From NCBI GenBank assembly GCA_027078545.1, contig JALWXN010000004.1, positions 256,001 through 320,000 on the forward strand: a stretch of 64,000 bases of DNA. Reading direction: 5' to 3'. The first letter of the stretch is position 1; every line of letters begins with the position of its first letter. A model generated the notes under the pieces. That model was not told where the DNA came from, did not search any database, and saw nothing but the letters and a program-made list of their open reading frames with translations. The translations under genes were made by a program, and so were the position numbers. Shown here in pieces: positions 8,853 through 18,447 of the stretch. The DNA comes from Nitrososphaeria archaeon (GTDB lineage Archaea; Thermoproteota; Nitrososphaeria; Geothermarchaeales; JDFR-13).

Positions 8853-10478
8853 CTAGATCTTGGTGAGCTTGTTTAGGAGTATCTCGAACCTGGTTATTAG
8901 TTCCTCCCTGTCGCGGCGGTAGGTCTCCTGGTCGATAAGCTTCTTCCGCCTAGACTCTTCTAGGTCGTTCAGCTTCTTCCACGTCTCCTCCAGCTCCTCC
9001 ACATCCCTTATTACCCTGGCTATCTCGTCGTTCTCTGCGGCTAGTTTCTTCACCCTGTTCCTCAGGCTTGAGAGCCTCCTCCTAACGTCTCTTATCTCCT
9101 TGTTGAGCTGGCTCCTCCTCCTGAGGAACTCTCTATCCTTCAGCCTTCCCTCGCTATACTCCTTCTCGAGCTCTAGGATCTTCTTCATCAGGTTTGCCTC
9201 CTCGAGGTATTGGTCTATGAAGCGTCTCACGTCTTCTGGTAGGTCCTGTAGCAGTATCTTCCTGATCCTTGTGTAGGTTGCAGCCGCTATCCCGATTATG
9301 ATGATGGATGAGAGTATGTATGTTAGGCCGTAGTCCTCGATGATGTCGGTCAGGCTTATTGTTATCTCACCAACCACCTTTATGTCTTCTTCATAGTCTG
9401 TGTAGTACTCCACAGACTCCTCGTATCCCGTGTCGGGTATCGCCACCCTGAATATGTCTGCTGGTATCGTGGTGGGGTTGGGTAGTGAGATGTTGTATTT
9501 AATGGTTGGTGTCAGGCCGGGTATGACCTCTATCGACTCATTGATCGTGAAGCTTATCTCCATGGTTAGCGTCTCATTTGGCTTTATGTGGTATGGCGTC
9601 AAGACCTTGTATACCCTACCTGTAAACTCGTAGTCCAAGGGCCTGCCCAGCTGGGTCTTCACCTCAACTATGTCATAGGTCTTATTGAGGAATATCTCGG
9701 TATTGGAGGGCCATACTATCAGGTCTCTATTGGTTATGGATAGGTTCATCACTCCGCGTAGGAATCCCCTGGGATCTGCGTCCAGCGTTATCTCTACAGC
9801 TGTATCGGCTATTAGTAGTGATACTCTCTCCTCACTCACCTGTTGTAGCGGGAAGGTCTCTATCTCCGTCTCATCCATGAGGAGTAGCTCTGTCTCTGTT
9901 AGTATGCGTGATATCTGGTACTGCTCCGGGGTCACCCCCTCAGGTGAGGATCTCACCTGTGAGAAGCCTGGTGGGAGCTCCTCATCAACACCTTTAACGT
10001 CCAGCCCAGGCCTGAACTCGAAGTCTTGCTGGTTGGTCTCGAGGTTCGTCTCGAGATATGTTAGGACCTCTACCGTGTATCTACCCTTTGTATCTGGCTT
10101 CACGGCCTCTGGCTTATAGATCTCGATTATAAGGTTCTCACCTAGTTGGGCGGTGTCTACCTCTAGTACCCCATTACTATATGTGAATTCAACCTCGGCT
10201 CTCTCATCATCGGTCCGTGTATATACTTTTAGATAGTCATTCTCTCCAATGTAGTCCTCGGGTAGGTTTGCAGTTATTGTATCTACAGATTTGAGCCCGT
10301 CACCAGCCAGGGTTATCTTTATATACAGGTTACCGCCTCCAGACTCGACCGAGGCTTCTATAGACTGCCTGACGTCTCCCTGGCTGGCTGCCGGGGGGAT
10401 TATGAGGATGGTTATGAGTATTGCCAATATAATGAATAGGCTGGCTCTAGCCTGGTTAGAAGGTGGCATCTCGACCAC
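8853..10478 (-). CDS. type I membrane protein with signal peptide, beta-rich ectodomain, single TM helix and C-terminal coiled coil (ribophorin-I-like architecture)
   Basis: Hydrophobic N-terminus ending AAS|Q, several NxS/T sequons, TM LTYILSSIIIIGIAAATY, charged helical tail. Confidence 0.6.
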   Translation of the reverse strand: MVEMPPSNQARASLFIILAILITILIIPPAASQGDVRQSIEASVESGGGNLYIKITLAGDGLKSVDTITANLPEDYIGENDYLKVYTRTDDERAEVEFTYSNGVLEVDTAQLGENLIIEIYKPEAVKPDTKGRYTVEVLTYLETNLETNQQDFEFRPGLDVKGVDEELPPGFSQVRSSPEGVTPEQYQISRILTETELLLMDETEIETFPLQQVSEERVSLLIADTAVEITLDADPRGFLRGVMNLSITNRDLIVWPSNTEIFLNKTYDIVEVKTQLGRPLDYEFTGRVYKVLTPYHIKPNETLTMEISFTINESIEVIPGLTPTIKYNISLPNPTTIPADIFRVAIPDTGYEESVEYYTDYEEDIKVVGEITISLTDIIEDYGLTYILSSIIIIGIAAATYTRIRKILLQDLPEDVRRFIDQYLEEANLMKKILELEKEYSEGRLKDREFLRRRSQLNKEIRDVRRRLSSLRNRVKKLAAENDEIARVIRDVEELEETWKKLNDLEESRRKKLIDQETYRRDREELITRFEILLNKLTKI

Positions 10479-10524
10479 TTAATTGTTATTTTCGATTAGA
10501 TGAGTATATAAGGTTTGGCGGCCG

Positions 10525-11880
10525 GTGGTCTGGATGACATTCCTCCCCAGCCCTAGCGATGTTGAGGCTATTCTGAATGAGCTGGGATTTAAGGATCTCG
10601 ATAGTTTCATGGAGAGTATACTGGGGGGATTCATCACTGAGATCCCGGGTGAGGATCTCCCCTCTATGGATCAGCCCTCTCTCCTCCGATATATGGAGGA
10701 TCTCTCAAAGAGAAACAGGGTCTATAGTCCTGAGAAGGTGTATGCTGGGTGGGGTGTGGAGCCTGCCTTTGTGTATCCAGCCACGAAGTATCTAGTCGGT
10801 AGGGGGGAGTTCCTCACCTCGTATACCCCGTATCAGCCCGAGATGAGTCAGGGGATGCTCCAGGCTCTGTATGAGTATCAAAGTGTGATGGCTGAGCTCC
10901 TAGGTCTTGAGGTGGTCAACTCTTCCATGTATGATGGCGCCTCTGCCCTTGCCGAGGCTATATTACTGGCTTACCGTGTTGCTGGCCGTCCCAGGATCCT
11001 CCTGCCTAAGACCCTGCCTCCCCACCTGTCCCGTGTTGTGGATACCTATCTATATGGGGCTGGATTAGAGACCGTCAACTATGAGGACCCAACCATCAAC
11101 AGTGATTCTCTCTCAATGGTTGAGTCCCTACTCAGGGAGGGTGTGTCTGCACTGGTATTTGAGTTCCCATCCTCTCTCGGATATCTATATGAGGATGTTG
11201 ATAAGCTGGCGGATCTTGTCCATAGCTATGGAGCCTTGTTCATAGTATATACGGATTTATGGTCTACGCCGATAGTGGCTCCCCCAGGTGATATTGGTGC
11301 GGATGTGGCGGTGGCTGAGGGACAGCCCATGGGTCTATACATGGGTGCTGGAGGTCCACTTCTAGGTGTCTTCGCTGTCAGGGGTGAGCAGAGGCTTATT
11401 AGGAATATGCCCGGCAGGCTGATAGGGGAGACTAGAACCATGGATGGGGATAAGGCATACACCATGATTCTACAGACTAGGGAGCAGCATATACGTAGGG
11501 CCAACGCCACATCCAACATATGTACCAATGAGGCGTTGAGCGCTGTCCAGGTTCTAATCAATATGCTTATCATGGGTAGGGGCGGACTGGTTAGTAAGTC
11601 TCTCGAGATGATGGAGCTGGCCCATAGGCTGGCTGACATGCTTGAGAGATATGGGGGCTCGCAGCCCTCGTCATCACCGTTCCATAGGAGATTCACAATG
11701 GTCTTTGACGATGTGGATCTGAATAAGCTGTATGATCGGCTTAGGGGGCTGGGTTATCTCCCGGGTAACCTATCGGGCTATGGCCTTAGCATGAATATCA
11801 ACTTCTTCCACACGGTGGAGGCTATAGAGGAGTTTGCATCTAGTGTGGGGGTGGTTATAGAGGATGTTCAGACAGGCTAG
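10525..11880 (+). CDS. gcvPA: glycine dehydrogenase (decarboxylating) subunit 1
   Basis: TSYTPYQPEMSQG, SMYDGASA, LQTREQHIRR.NATSNICTNE. Confidence 0.95.
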   Translation: MVWMTFLPSPSDVEAILNELGFKDLDSFMESILGGFITEIPGEDLPSMDQPSLLRYMEDLSKRNRVYSPEKVYAGWGVEPAFVYPATKYLVGRGEFLTSYTPYQPEMSQGMLQALYEYQSVMAELLGLEVVNSSMYDGASALAEAILLAYRVAGRPRILLPKTLPPHLSRVVDTYLYGAGLETVNYEDPTINSDSLSMVESLLREGVSALVFEFPSSLGYLYEDVDKLADLVHSYGALFIVYTDLWSTPIVAPPGDIGADVAVAEGQPMGLYMGAGGPLLGVFAVRGEQRLIRNMPGRLIGETRTMDGDKAYTMILQTREQHIRRANATSNICTNEALSAVQVLINMLIMGRGGLVSKSLEMMELAHRLADMLERYGGSQPSSSPFHRRFTMVFDDVDLNKLYDRLRGLGYLPGNLSGYGLSMNINFFHTVEAIEEFASSVGVVIEDVQTG

Positions 11881-13351
11881 GTGGAGGGAGCCAACTGTAT
11901 TCGAGCTTGGCGAGATTGGCGATGGGGTATTAGATGGGGATGAGTATCGCCGGGCTCTTAAATACCTGCCTGAGAAGCTTGTGAGGAGGAGTGGTCTAAG
12001 GATTCCGGACCTCCCAGAGTTCCAGGTTGTAAGGCACTTCACTAGGCTGTCTCAGGAGAATTATGGCGTGGATCTTGGGATCTATCCCCTGGGCAGCTGT
12101 ACCATGAAGTATAACCCTAGGATCTCTGAGGAGGTAGCGGCTTTGGAGGGTCTTAGGGATATCTCTCCTCATCAGGATGAGGAGGAGATCCAGGGTGTAT
12201 TGGAGGTTATGTATCGTTTATCGAGGATTTTGTCGCTCCTCACGGGTATGGATGAGTTTAGTCTCCAGCCTGCGGCTGGTGCCCAGGGAGAGTTTGTCGG
12301 CGTCTTGATTATGAAGAAGTATTTCGAGGTTAGGGGGGAGGAGAGGGATGAGATTATAGTGCCCGACACGGCTCACGGCACTAATCCGGCGTCAGCCAAG
12401 ATGGGAGGGTTCAAGGTGGTCGAGATTCCTAGTGATGAGAGGGGGATGGTCAACCCTAGACTGTTGAGGGAGGTTGTCAATGAGAGGACCGCGGGCCTCA
12501 TGTTGACCAATCCTAATACCCTGGGCCTCTTCGAGGAGAATATCCTGGAGATTGCTGATATCCTCCATGAGAATGGTTCCCTACTGTATTATGACGGTGC
12601 TAATCTCAACGCTATAGTGGGGTGGGCGCGGCCTGGGGATATGGGCTTCGACATTGTACACACTAATCTCCATAAGACATTCTCCACGCCGCATGGGGGT
12701 GGGGGCCCTGGTAGTGGGCCTGTGGGTGTAAAGAGTTTTCTGAGAGACTTCCTTCCGGTGCCTATAGTGGTTTATAGGGATGGGATGTACCGATGGGAGT
12801 GGGGTTTGAAACATAGTATTGGGAAGGTCCACATGTTCTATGGGAACTTCCTAGTGGCTCTGAGGGCCTATACATATATACTCTCAATGGGTCTAGAGGG
12901 GCTTAGGAGGGCCTCCTCGATAGCTGTTATGAACTCTAACTACTTGTTTAGGAAGGTCTCTAGGCTTAGGGGGGTTGAGCCTTATCCAAGGGATTCTAGG
13001 ATGAGGATGCATGAGTTTGTGGTGTCCCTAGAGTCTTTAAGGAGGGAGACGGGGGTCTCGGCTAGGGATGTTGCTAAGAGGATACTTGACTACGGAGTAT
13101 ATGCCCCCACCACATACTTCCCCATAATAGTTCCTGAGGCCTTGATGGTGGAGCCTACCGAGACTGTTGGTAAGAGGGATCTAGATCATTATGCATCGGT
13201 TGTGGAGAGGGTTGTTGAGGAGGCGTATAACGAGCCTGATAAGATTATTAATTCCCCCGTCAATACAACTGTGGGTAGGCTTGACGAGGCGTATGGGTCT
13301 AGGCCTAGGACTATGAAGCCTAGTGAGAGGTGGGGTAGGAGAGATGGGTAG
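11864..13351 (+). CDS. gcvPB: glycine dehydrogenase (decarboxylating) subunit 2
   Basis: YPLGSCTMKYNP, AHGTNPASA, PLP-lysine NLHKTFSTPHGGGGPG. Confidence 0.96.
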   Translation: MFRQARWREPTVFELGEIGDGVLDGDEYRRALKYLPEKLVRRSGLRIPDLPEFQVVRHFTRLSQENYGVDLGIYPLGSCTMKYNPRISEEVAALEGLRDISPHQDEEEIQGVLEVMYRLSRILSLLTGMDEFSLQPAAGAQGEFVGVLIMKKYFEVRGEERDEIIVPDTAHGTNPASAKMGGFKVVEIPSDERGMVNPRLLREVVNERTAGLMLTNPNTLGLFEENILEIADILHENGSLLYYDGANLNAIVGWARPGDMGFDIVHTNLHKTFSTPHGGGGPGSGPVGVKSFLRDFLPVPIVVYRDGMYRWEWGLKHSIGKVHMFYGNFLVALRAYTYILSMGLEGLRRASSIAVMNSNYLFRKVSRLRGVEPYPRDSRMRMHEFVVSLESLRRETGVSARDVAKRILDYGVYAPTTYFPIIVPEALMVEPTETVGKRDLDHYASVVERVVEEAYNEPDKIINSPVNTTVGRLDEAYGSRPRTMKPSERWGRRDG

Positions 13352-14675
13352 GGTATATCTAGAGACGTTTGGCTGTACCCTGAATAGGTATGACTCTGAG
13401 GTTATGGAGTCGTATCTGAGGACAGCTGGTTACGAGGTTGTGGATAGGGTTGAGGAGTCTGATGTGGTTGTCATCAATACCTGTGGGGTTAAGAAGCAGA
13501 CGGAGGATAAGATGGTCTCACATATCAGGAAGCTAAGGAAGAGGTATGGGGATAAGAAGATCGTTCTTACTGGATGCCTAACCATGATTAATCTCCCCAG
13601 GCTTAGGAGGGAGTGTAGCTTCGATGCAGTCCTTGGCCCATCTCCTGGGAAGTACGTGGTAGAGGCTGTGGAGGCCGTCCTCAGGGGGGAGGAGTATGTA
13701 CGTCTTGACACCGAGTCTCTGGATGTGCCGCTGAGTATCGGTGGCTCGGTTACTAAGTCGATAGGTGTCTCCACTGGATGCCTGGATAACTGTGCGTTCT
13801 GCGGCACTAAGCTGGCTAGGGGTACTGTTAAGAGCCTAGAGCCGGAGAAGGTTGTCAGGCTTGTAGAGTCCTATGTGAGGAGTGGTGCCAAGGAGATACT
13901 CCTAACCTCTGTGGATATCGGTGCGTATGGGTTTGATCTTAGGCCTAGGGTACCGATTACTAAGCTCCTTAGGATGGTCTCTGAGGTTGAGGGTAACTTT
14001 ATCGTTAGGATTGGGATGATGAATCCTCGCTGGGCGTATCTCTATCTAGATGAGCTTATAGAGATATTTAGGTCCTCCACCAGGTTCTACCACTTCCTAC
14101 ATATTCCTGTCCAGACTGGGAGTCCCGAGCTGCTCCGTATAATGGATAGGGGGCATGGTGTGGAGGAGTATCTAGAGGCTGTTAGGCGTCTCAGGAGGGA
14201 GGTGGGTAGGCACTTCTCGATAATGACGGATATAATAGTGGGTCATCCCGGTGAGAGGGAGGTTGACCATGAGATGACGATAGAGGTTCTTAGGGAGTCT
14301 GAGCCCGACTTTGTCAATATATCCCAGTTCTTCCCTAGGCCCGGCACAAAGGCCGCACGTATGAAGAAGGTTGATACAAGGATTGTGAAGCGGAGGAGTA
14401 GGGAGGTTAGTAGGGTGGCTGACGAGGTCCTCTCTAGGAGGAACCAGATGTGGCGTGACTGGGAGGGGCCGGTCCTGATCAACGAGTATGGTAAGGGACG
14501 CTTCCTAGGTAGGAACTATGCCTATAAGATCTTCGCTGTCGATGGTGGGGTCTCTATTGGCGATGTTGTCCTGGTCAGGGGGGTGAGGGCCTATACAACC
14601 TGGCTTTATGCAGAGCTTCTAGGAAGAGCTTCTTCACTCTCTGACGGCCTGTTACAGTTCGGAAGAGTATCCTGA
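13344..14675 (+). CDS. mtaB: tRNA t6A37 methylthiotransferase (MiaB-like radical SAM, e-MtaB/CDKAL1 type)
   Basis: UPF0004 cysteines (GCTLN, NTCGVK, TGC), CxxxCxxC (CLDNCAFC), RIGMMNP, HIPVQTGS. Confidence 0.88.
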   Translation: MGRVYLETFGCTLNRYDSEVMESYLRTAGYEVVDRVEESDVVVINTCGVKKQTEDKMVSHIRKLRKRYGDKKIVLTGCLTMINLPRLRRECSFDAVLGPSPGKYVVEAVEAVLRGEEYVRLDTESLDVPLSIGGSVTKSIGVSTGCLDNCAFCGTKLARGTVKSLEPEKVVRLVESYVRSGAKEILLTSVDIGAYGFDLRPRVPITKLLRMVSEVEGNFIVRIGMMNPRWAYLYLDELIEIFRSSTRFYHFLHIPVQTGSPELLRIMDRGHGVEEYLEAVRRLRREVGRHFSIMTDIIVGHPGEREVDHEMTIEVLRESEPDFVNISQFFPRPGTKAARMKKVDTRIVKRRSREVSRVADEVLSRRNQMWRDWEGPVLINEYGKGRFLGRNYAYKIFAVDGGVSIGDVVLVRGVRAYTTWLYAELLGRASSLSDGLLQFGRVS

Positions 14676-15246
14676 CCTCTCTCCTCATAATCTTCTCGAG
14701 GAGTTGTTCCACGTCCTCGGCGTCGGTGTATATGTGGGAATAGCCTATCGTCTCTGGGATGTGTGAGTCGCTCCCGGCTGAGACTCCTTTACCCAGGTCC
14801 TCGGCTAGTTTTGAGAGGACTACATAGTTTATCTTGGCCCTGGGGTCGTGGCTATTAGCTACCTCTATTATATCTACCCTCCTTACTATCTCATCTATCT
14901 CTCCTGGCTTCCCCCTCCTATGGTCTAGGGGGTGCGCCAGTATGGATAGTCCTCCCTCGGCCCGTATATATTCCAGTATCTCGAGGCCATCCATCCCCTT
15001 CCTGTTGGGTGGATACTTCTCTATGTTAAGGCCTATCACGTGTCCATACTCTGTGTAGAACTCTACGCCTGGTATAATCCTGACCCTCTCCAGATTCTTC
15101 CTGGCCTTTAGTGCTCCCCTGATCTCTTCGTGGTCTGTTATGGCTATGCAGTCTATACCTCTTTTGAGGCTCCACTCCTCCAGTTCTTGGAGGGTGATCA
15201 CCGCGTCGTGGGAGTATAGTGTATGTACGTGGAGGTCCGCCTTCAT
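14575..15246 (-). CDS. PHP-family phosphoesterase
   Basis: DLHVHT, AITDH, AHP, GSDSH motifs. Confidence 0.9.
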   Translation of the reverse strand: MKADLHVHTLYSHDAVITLQELEEWSLKRGIDCIAITDHEEIRGALKARKNLERVRIIPGVEFYTEYGHVIGLNIEKYPPNRKGMDGLEILEYIRAEGGLSILAHPLDHRRGKPGEIDEIVRRVDIIEVANSHDPRAKINYVVLSKLAEDLGKGVSAGSDSHIPETIGYSHIYTDAEDVEQLLEKIMRREVRILFRTVTGRQRVKKLFLEALHKARLYRPSPP

Positions 15247-15258
15247 CTCTCCTGTCCG

Positions 15259-17253
15259 CTACCTTACACGGGCGCCGTCCTCTATGTCTCCCTCCACTGT
15301 GAGTATCTTTACGTTTCCCTTCCCATCGTCGGCCGCTAGTATCATTCCTTCGCTATACTCACCCATGATCTTCTTCTTCTCTAGGTTGGTCACTACTATA
15401 ACCTTCTTCCCCTGTAGATCTTCGGGTCTATAGTATTTCCTTAGCCCGGCCAATACGTTGAGTGTCTTGTCTCCAACCCTTATCTTGAGTCTTATCAGGT
15501 TCTTCGACCCCTCTTTTGGCTCTGCCTTCTCTACGTAGCCTACCCTCATATCTATACGCATGAATTCTTCGAAGCTTATCCTCTCCTCACCCATGCTCCT
15601 CATCTCTTCGAGGCGTTTCTTTAGAGATTCTTTGTCTATCTTACTAAATAATGGTGTGAATTCTTGACTGATAACTATTTCTCTTGGCTCGTCGCTCAGG
15701 AGGCTCCATGAGGGCTTCTCCATGCCTAGGTATCTCAGTATCTTCTCGCTCGACTCTGGGATTACAGGGTTGAGCATGACCGCCACGTCACGTATTGTCA
15801 GTGCTAGGTGGTACATCACCGCGTTGAGCCTCTCCCTATCGTCTCTTAGCTTCCATGGCTCCTCGATGTTTAGGGTTGCGTTGGCCTCCCTGACAAGCCT
15901 CATTACCTCGTGGAGTACCCTTTGGAACCTCGTCTCTAGATATAGCCTATCCACCTTCTCCGCGACTTCTCTAGAGAGGTTTCTAAGCCTTGAGACTGCT
16001 TCGCTGGGTGTTTCCGACCTCTCTACCCTCCCTCCGAGGTAGCGCTTGATCAGTGTTAATATCCTGTGGACAAGGTTTCCTAGGTCGTCGTTCAACTCCT
16101 TGTTTACACAGTATTCGAGTATGTCCCATGTGAAGTCTGTGTCCCCTGTCTCGGGCCTTACGTATGTCAGGGTGTATCTCCAGTAGTCTGCTGGTAGTAG
16201 TTCGACGGCCTCGTCACACCATATGCCGATGCCCTTCGTCTTTGAGAACTTCTTCCCTTCGTAGGTAAGCCATTCTGTGGCTCCTATATGGAACCTTAGT
16301 GTGTAGGGATCGTAGGTGGCCATTAGTAGCGAGGGGAAGATGATTGTGTGGAAGGGTATGTTGTCCTTCCCTATGAAGAAGGCTACGTTTGTCTCCCTGT
16401 CCATCCAGTAGTCCCTCCACCTATCCGGTTCTCCCTTCTTCTCGAAGTATTCCTTAACGGCGGATACGTATCCCAGGACGGCGTCGAACCATACATAGAT
16501 GGTTAAACCCTCTGCCCCCGGGAAGGGTGCTGGTACCCCCCACTTGTTATGCCTGGTTACGGCTCTCGGTTTCAGGCCTTGTCTGATCATCTGTATACTG
16601 AAGTTCTTGGCGTTCTCGGTCAGGGTCTCTGAGCTCTCCAGCCAGGATAGTAGCTTCTCGGAGAATCTTGGTAAGTCGAAGTAGTAGTTGAGTACCTCTT
16701 TGACAACGGGTGGTGAGCCGCATATGGCGCATCTGGGTGATATGAGGTCTAGGGGGTCTAGTAGGCGTCCACAGTTCTCACACTGGTCTCCCCTTGCCCC
16801 TTCATATCCGCAGTAGGGGCAGGTCCCGATGACGAATCTGTCGGGTAGGTATCGCTGGTCCTTCTCGCAGTATAGCTGTTTATCGGTCTGGGTATAGATG
16901 TATCCATTCTCGTATATCTTCTGGAATACGGATCTGACATAGTCGATATGGACTGGGTTGTGTGTCCTGGTATAGTTGTCAAACCGGATGTTGAACTTCT
17001 CCAGTATATCCAGTATCTGTTTATGTACTTTGTCGGTCAGCTCTTTAGGCTGGATCCCCATCTGGATGGCTTTTACCTCTATTGGTGTCCCGTGTTCATC
17101 TGATCCTGTTACGGATATTACGTCGTGGCCTTTTAGCCGTAGGTAGCGGGCGAAAATGTCTGCTGAGAGTAGGGATGAGACCATATTCCCCAGGTGGGGG
17201 ACTCCATATGCGTAGGGCCATGCCGAGGTTACTATCCACTTCTCCCTCTTCAT
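15259..17253 (-). CDS. metG: methionyl-tRNA synthetase with C-terminal tRNA-binding (Trbp111-like) domain
   Basis: PHLGN, GSDEHGTPI, Zn knuckles, IGKDNIPFH, KFSKT, C-terminal SEGMILAA. Confidence 0.97.
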   Translation of the reverse strand: MKREKWIVTSAWPYAYGVPHLGNMVSSLLSADIFARYLRLKGHDVISVTGSDEHGTPIEVKAIQMGIQPKELTDKVHKQILDILEKFNIRFDNYTRTHNPVHIDYVRSVFQKIYENGYIYTQTDKQLYCEKDQRYLPDRFVIGTCPYCGYEGARGDQCENCGRLLDPLDLISPRCAICGSPPVVKEVLNYYFDLPRFSEKLLSWLESSETLTENAKNFSIQMIRQGLKPRAVTRHNKWGVPAPFPGAEGLTIYVWFDAVLGYVSAVKEYFEKKGEPDRWRDYWMDRETNVAFFIGKDNIPFHTIIFPSLLMATYDPYTLRFHIGATEWLTYEGKKFSKTKGIGIWCDEAVELLPADYWRYTLTYVRPETGDTDFTWDILEYCVNKELNDDLGNLVHRILTLIKRYLGGRVERSETPSEAVSRLRNLSREVAEKVDRLYLETRFQRVLHEVMRLVREANATLNIEEPWKLRDDRERLNAVMYHLALTIRDVAVMLNPVIPESSEKILRYLGMEKPSWSLLSDEPREIVISQEFTPLFSKIDKESLKKRLEEMRSMGEERISFEEFMRIDMRVGYVEKAEPKEGSKNLIRLKIRVGDKTLNVLAGLRKYYRPEDLQGKKVIVVTNLEKKKIMGEYSEGMILAADDGKGNVKILTVEGDIEDGARVR

Positions 17254-17264
17254 TACAGATATAA

Positions 17265-18395
17265 CTACTTCTCTGCTGTTCTTTTAATCAGCTTTTTGAG
17301 GCCTGTCGAGTACTGCATAGCCTTCTTGGGGCGCATGTATAGCTCTTTAGGGGCTCCCAGGATCTCTAGCGCCTTCCTGATGACCCATTTCCTGTGTTTA
17401 TCGCCCCTGTCCATGACTTTGTATCTCGAGGGGGTCTGTAGCGATGTCTCTATAGCCTTTACATGTGTGTATGGGTAGTCGACATATATCCCTAGGTCTG
17501 AGGCTATCCTCCATTCAAGCTGGGTCGTGGTGTATTGTAGTGTCGATATGTCTATGAGGTTTGCCGTACTGAAGTGTTCATACTCCCTTCTATACTTATC
17601 GTACCCTCCGAAGAGTTCGTCGGCTCCCTGGCCCATTAACAGTCTTCTGTTCCTCGGGACCTGGCTCATGGTGGCGTACTCGGCTATTGCTATTGGGAGG
17701 AGTATTGGGTCGGATGTATCTACATATCTCGATGCTATGTTTAGATACCTATCCATATTCTCCTCGTTAATCAGGGCTATATGGATGTTTGTCCCTATCC
17801 CCAGCATCTCAAGGGCTTCTATGACCCTCTCCTCCTCTCCACTGCCTGGGGTTGATGCTGTAACTATCCTTGTCTCGATACCTATCTTCTCCGCAACTAG
17901 GAGGATGAGTGTGGAGTCTATCCCTCCTGAGTAGGATAGGTATACCTCTTTATCCCCTATCGTGGATAGGTAGTTGCTCAGAGCCTCTATGAGCATTATG
18001 GCTAGCTTCTCGAGACTATATATAACTCCTGATACCCTTGGCTCCCACCTCCTATGTAGGGGTGTGTAGTCCCTACCCATCCTCTTTAGTATCCAGTTGC
18101 TGGGTAGGTGTGGCCTCCCGTGGCCTGTCTTGTCAACTATTGATCCGTCCTTTGCTATGACAGTTGGGATCCTACCCATTATGTCTGTCTGTATAGTGCC
18201 TCTACACAGAGCTATGTTTGGGATTGATAGTGCTTCTCGATCTAGGTCTGGATCTATTTTTAGGAGTTCTTCGAGCCTCTCATTGTCTATGGAGCGGTGG
18301 ATAATGGTATAGTCCTGGTGCTCAAGTATGGCTAGATAGTTGTCTATGAGCCTGGCCCCCTCAGGAGTTATTATGTAGTTCGCCCCCTGCCCCAT
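17265..18395 (-). CDS. asparagine synthase-family PP-loop ATPase with degenerate N-terminal domain
   Basis: SGGIDS PP-loop, GQGADELFGGY, RPKKAMQYSTG; no N-terminal catalytic Cys. Confidence 0.82.
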   Translation of the reverse strand: MGQGANYIITPEGARLIDNYLAILEHQDYTIIHRSIDNERLEELLKIDPDLDREALSIPNIALCRGTIQTDIMGRIPTVIAKDGSIVDKTGHGRPHLPSNWILKRMGRDYTPLHRRWEPRVSGVIYSLEKLAIMLIEALSNYLSTIGDKEVYLSYSGGIDSTLILLVAEKIGIETRIVTASTPGSGEEERVIEALEMLGIGTNIHIALINEENMDRYLNIASRYVDTSDPILLPIAIAEYATMSQVPRNRRLLMGQGADELFGGYDKYRREYEHFSTANLIDISTLQYTTTQLEWRIASDLGIYVDYPYTHVKAIETSLQTPSRYKVMDRGDKHRKWVIRKALEILGAPKELYMRPKKAMQYSTGLKKLIKRTAEK

Positions 18396-18447
18396 GTCCC
18401 TACCTAATTTCTATGCATATATTATTTTATGGCCGTGGTGGGTGGGG

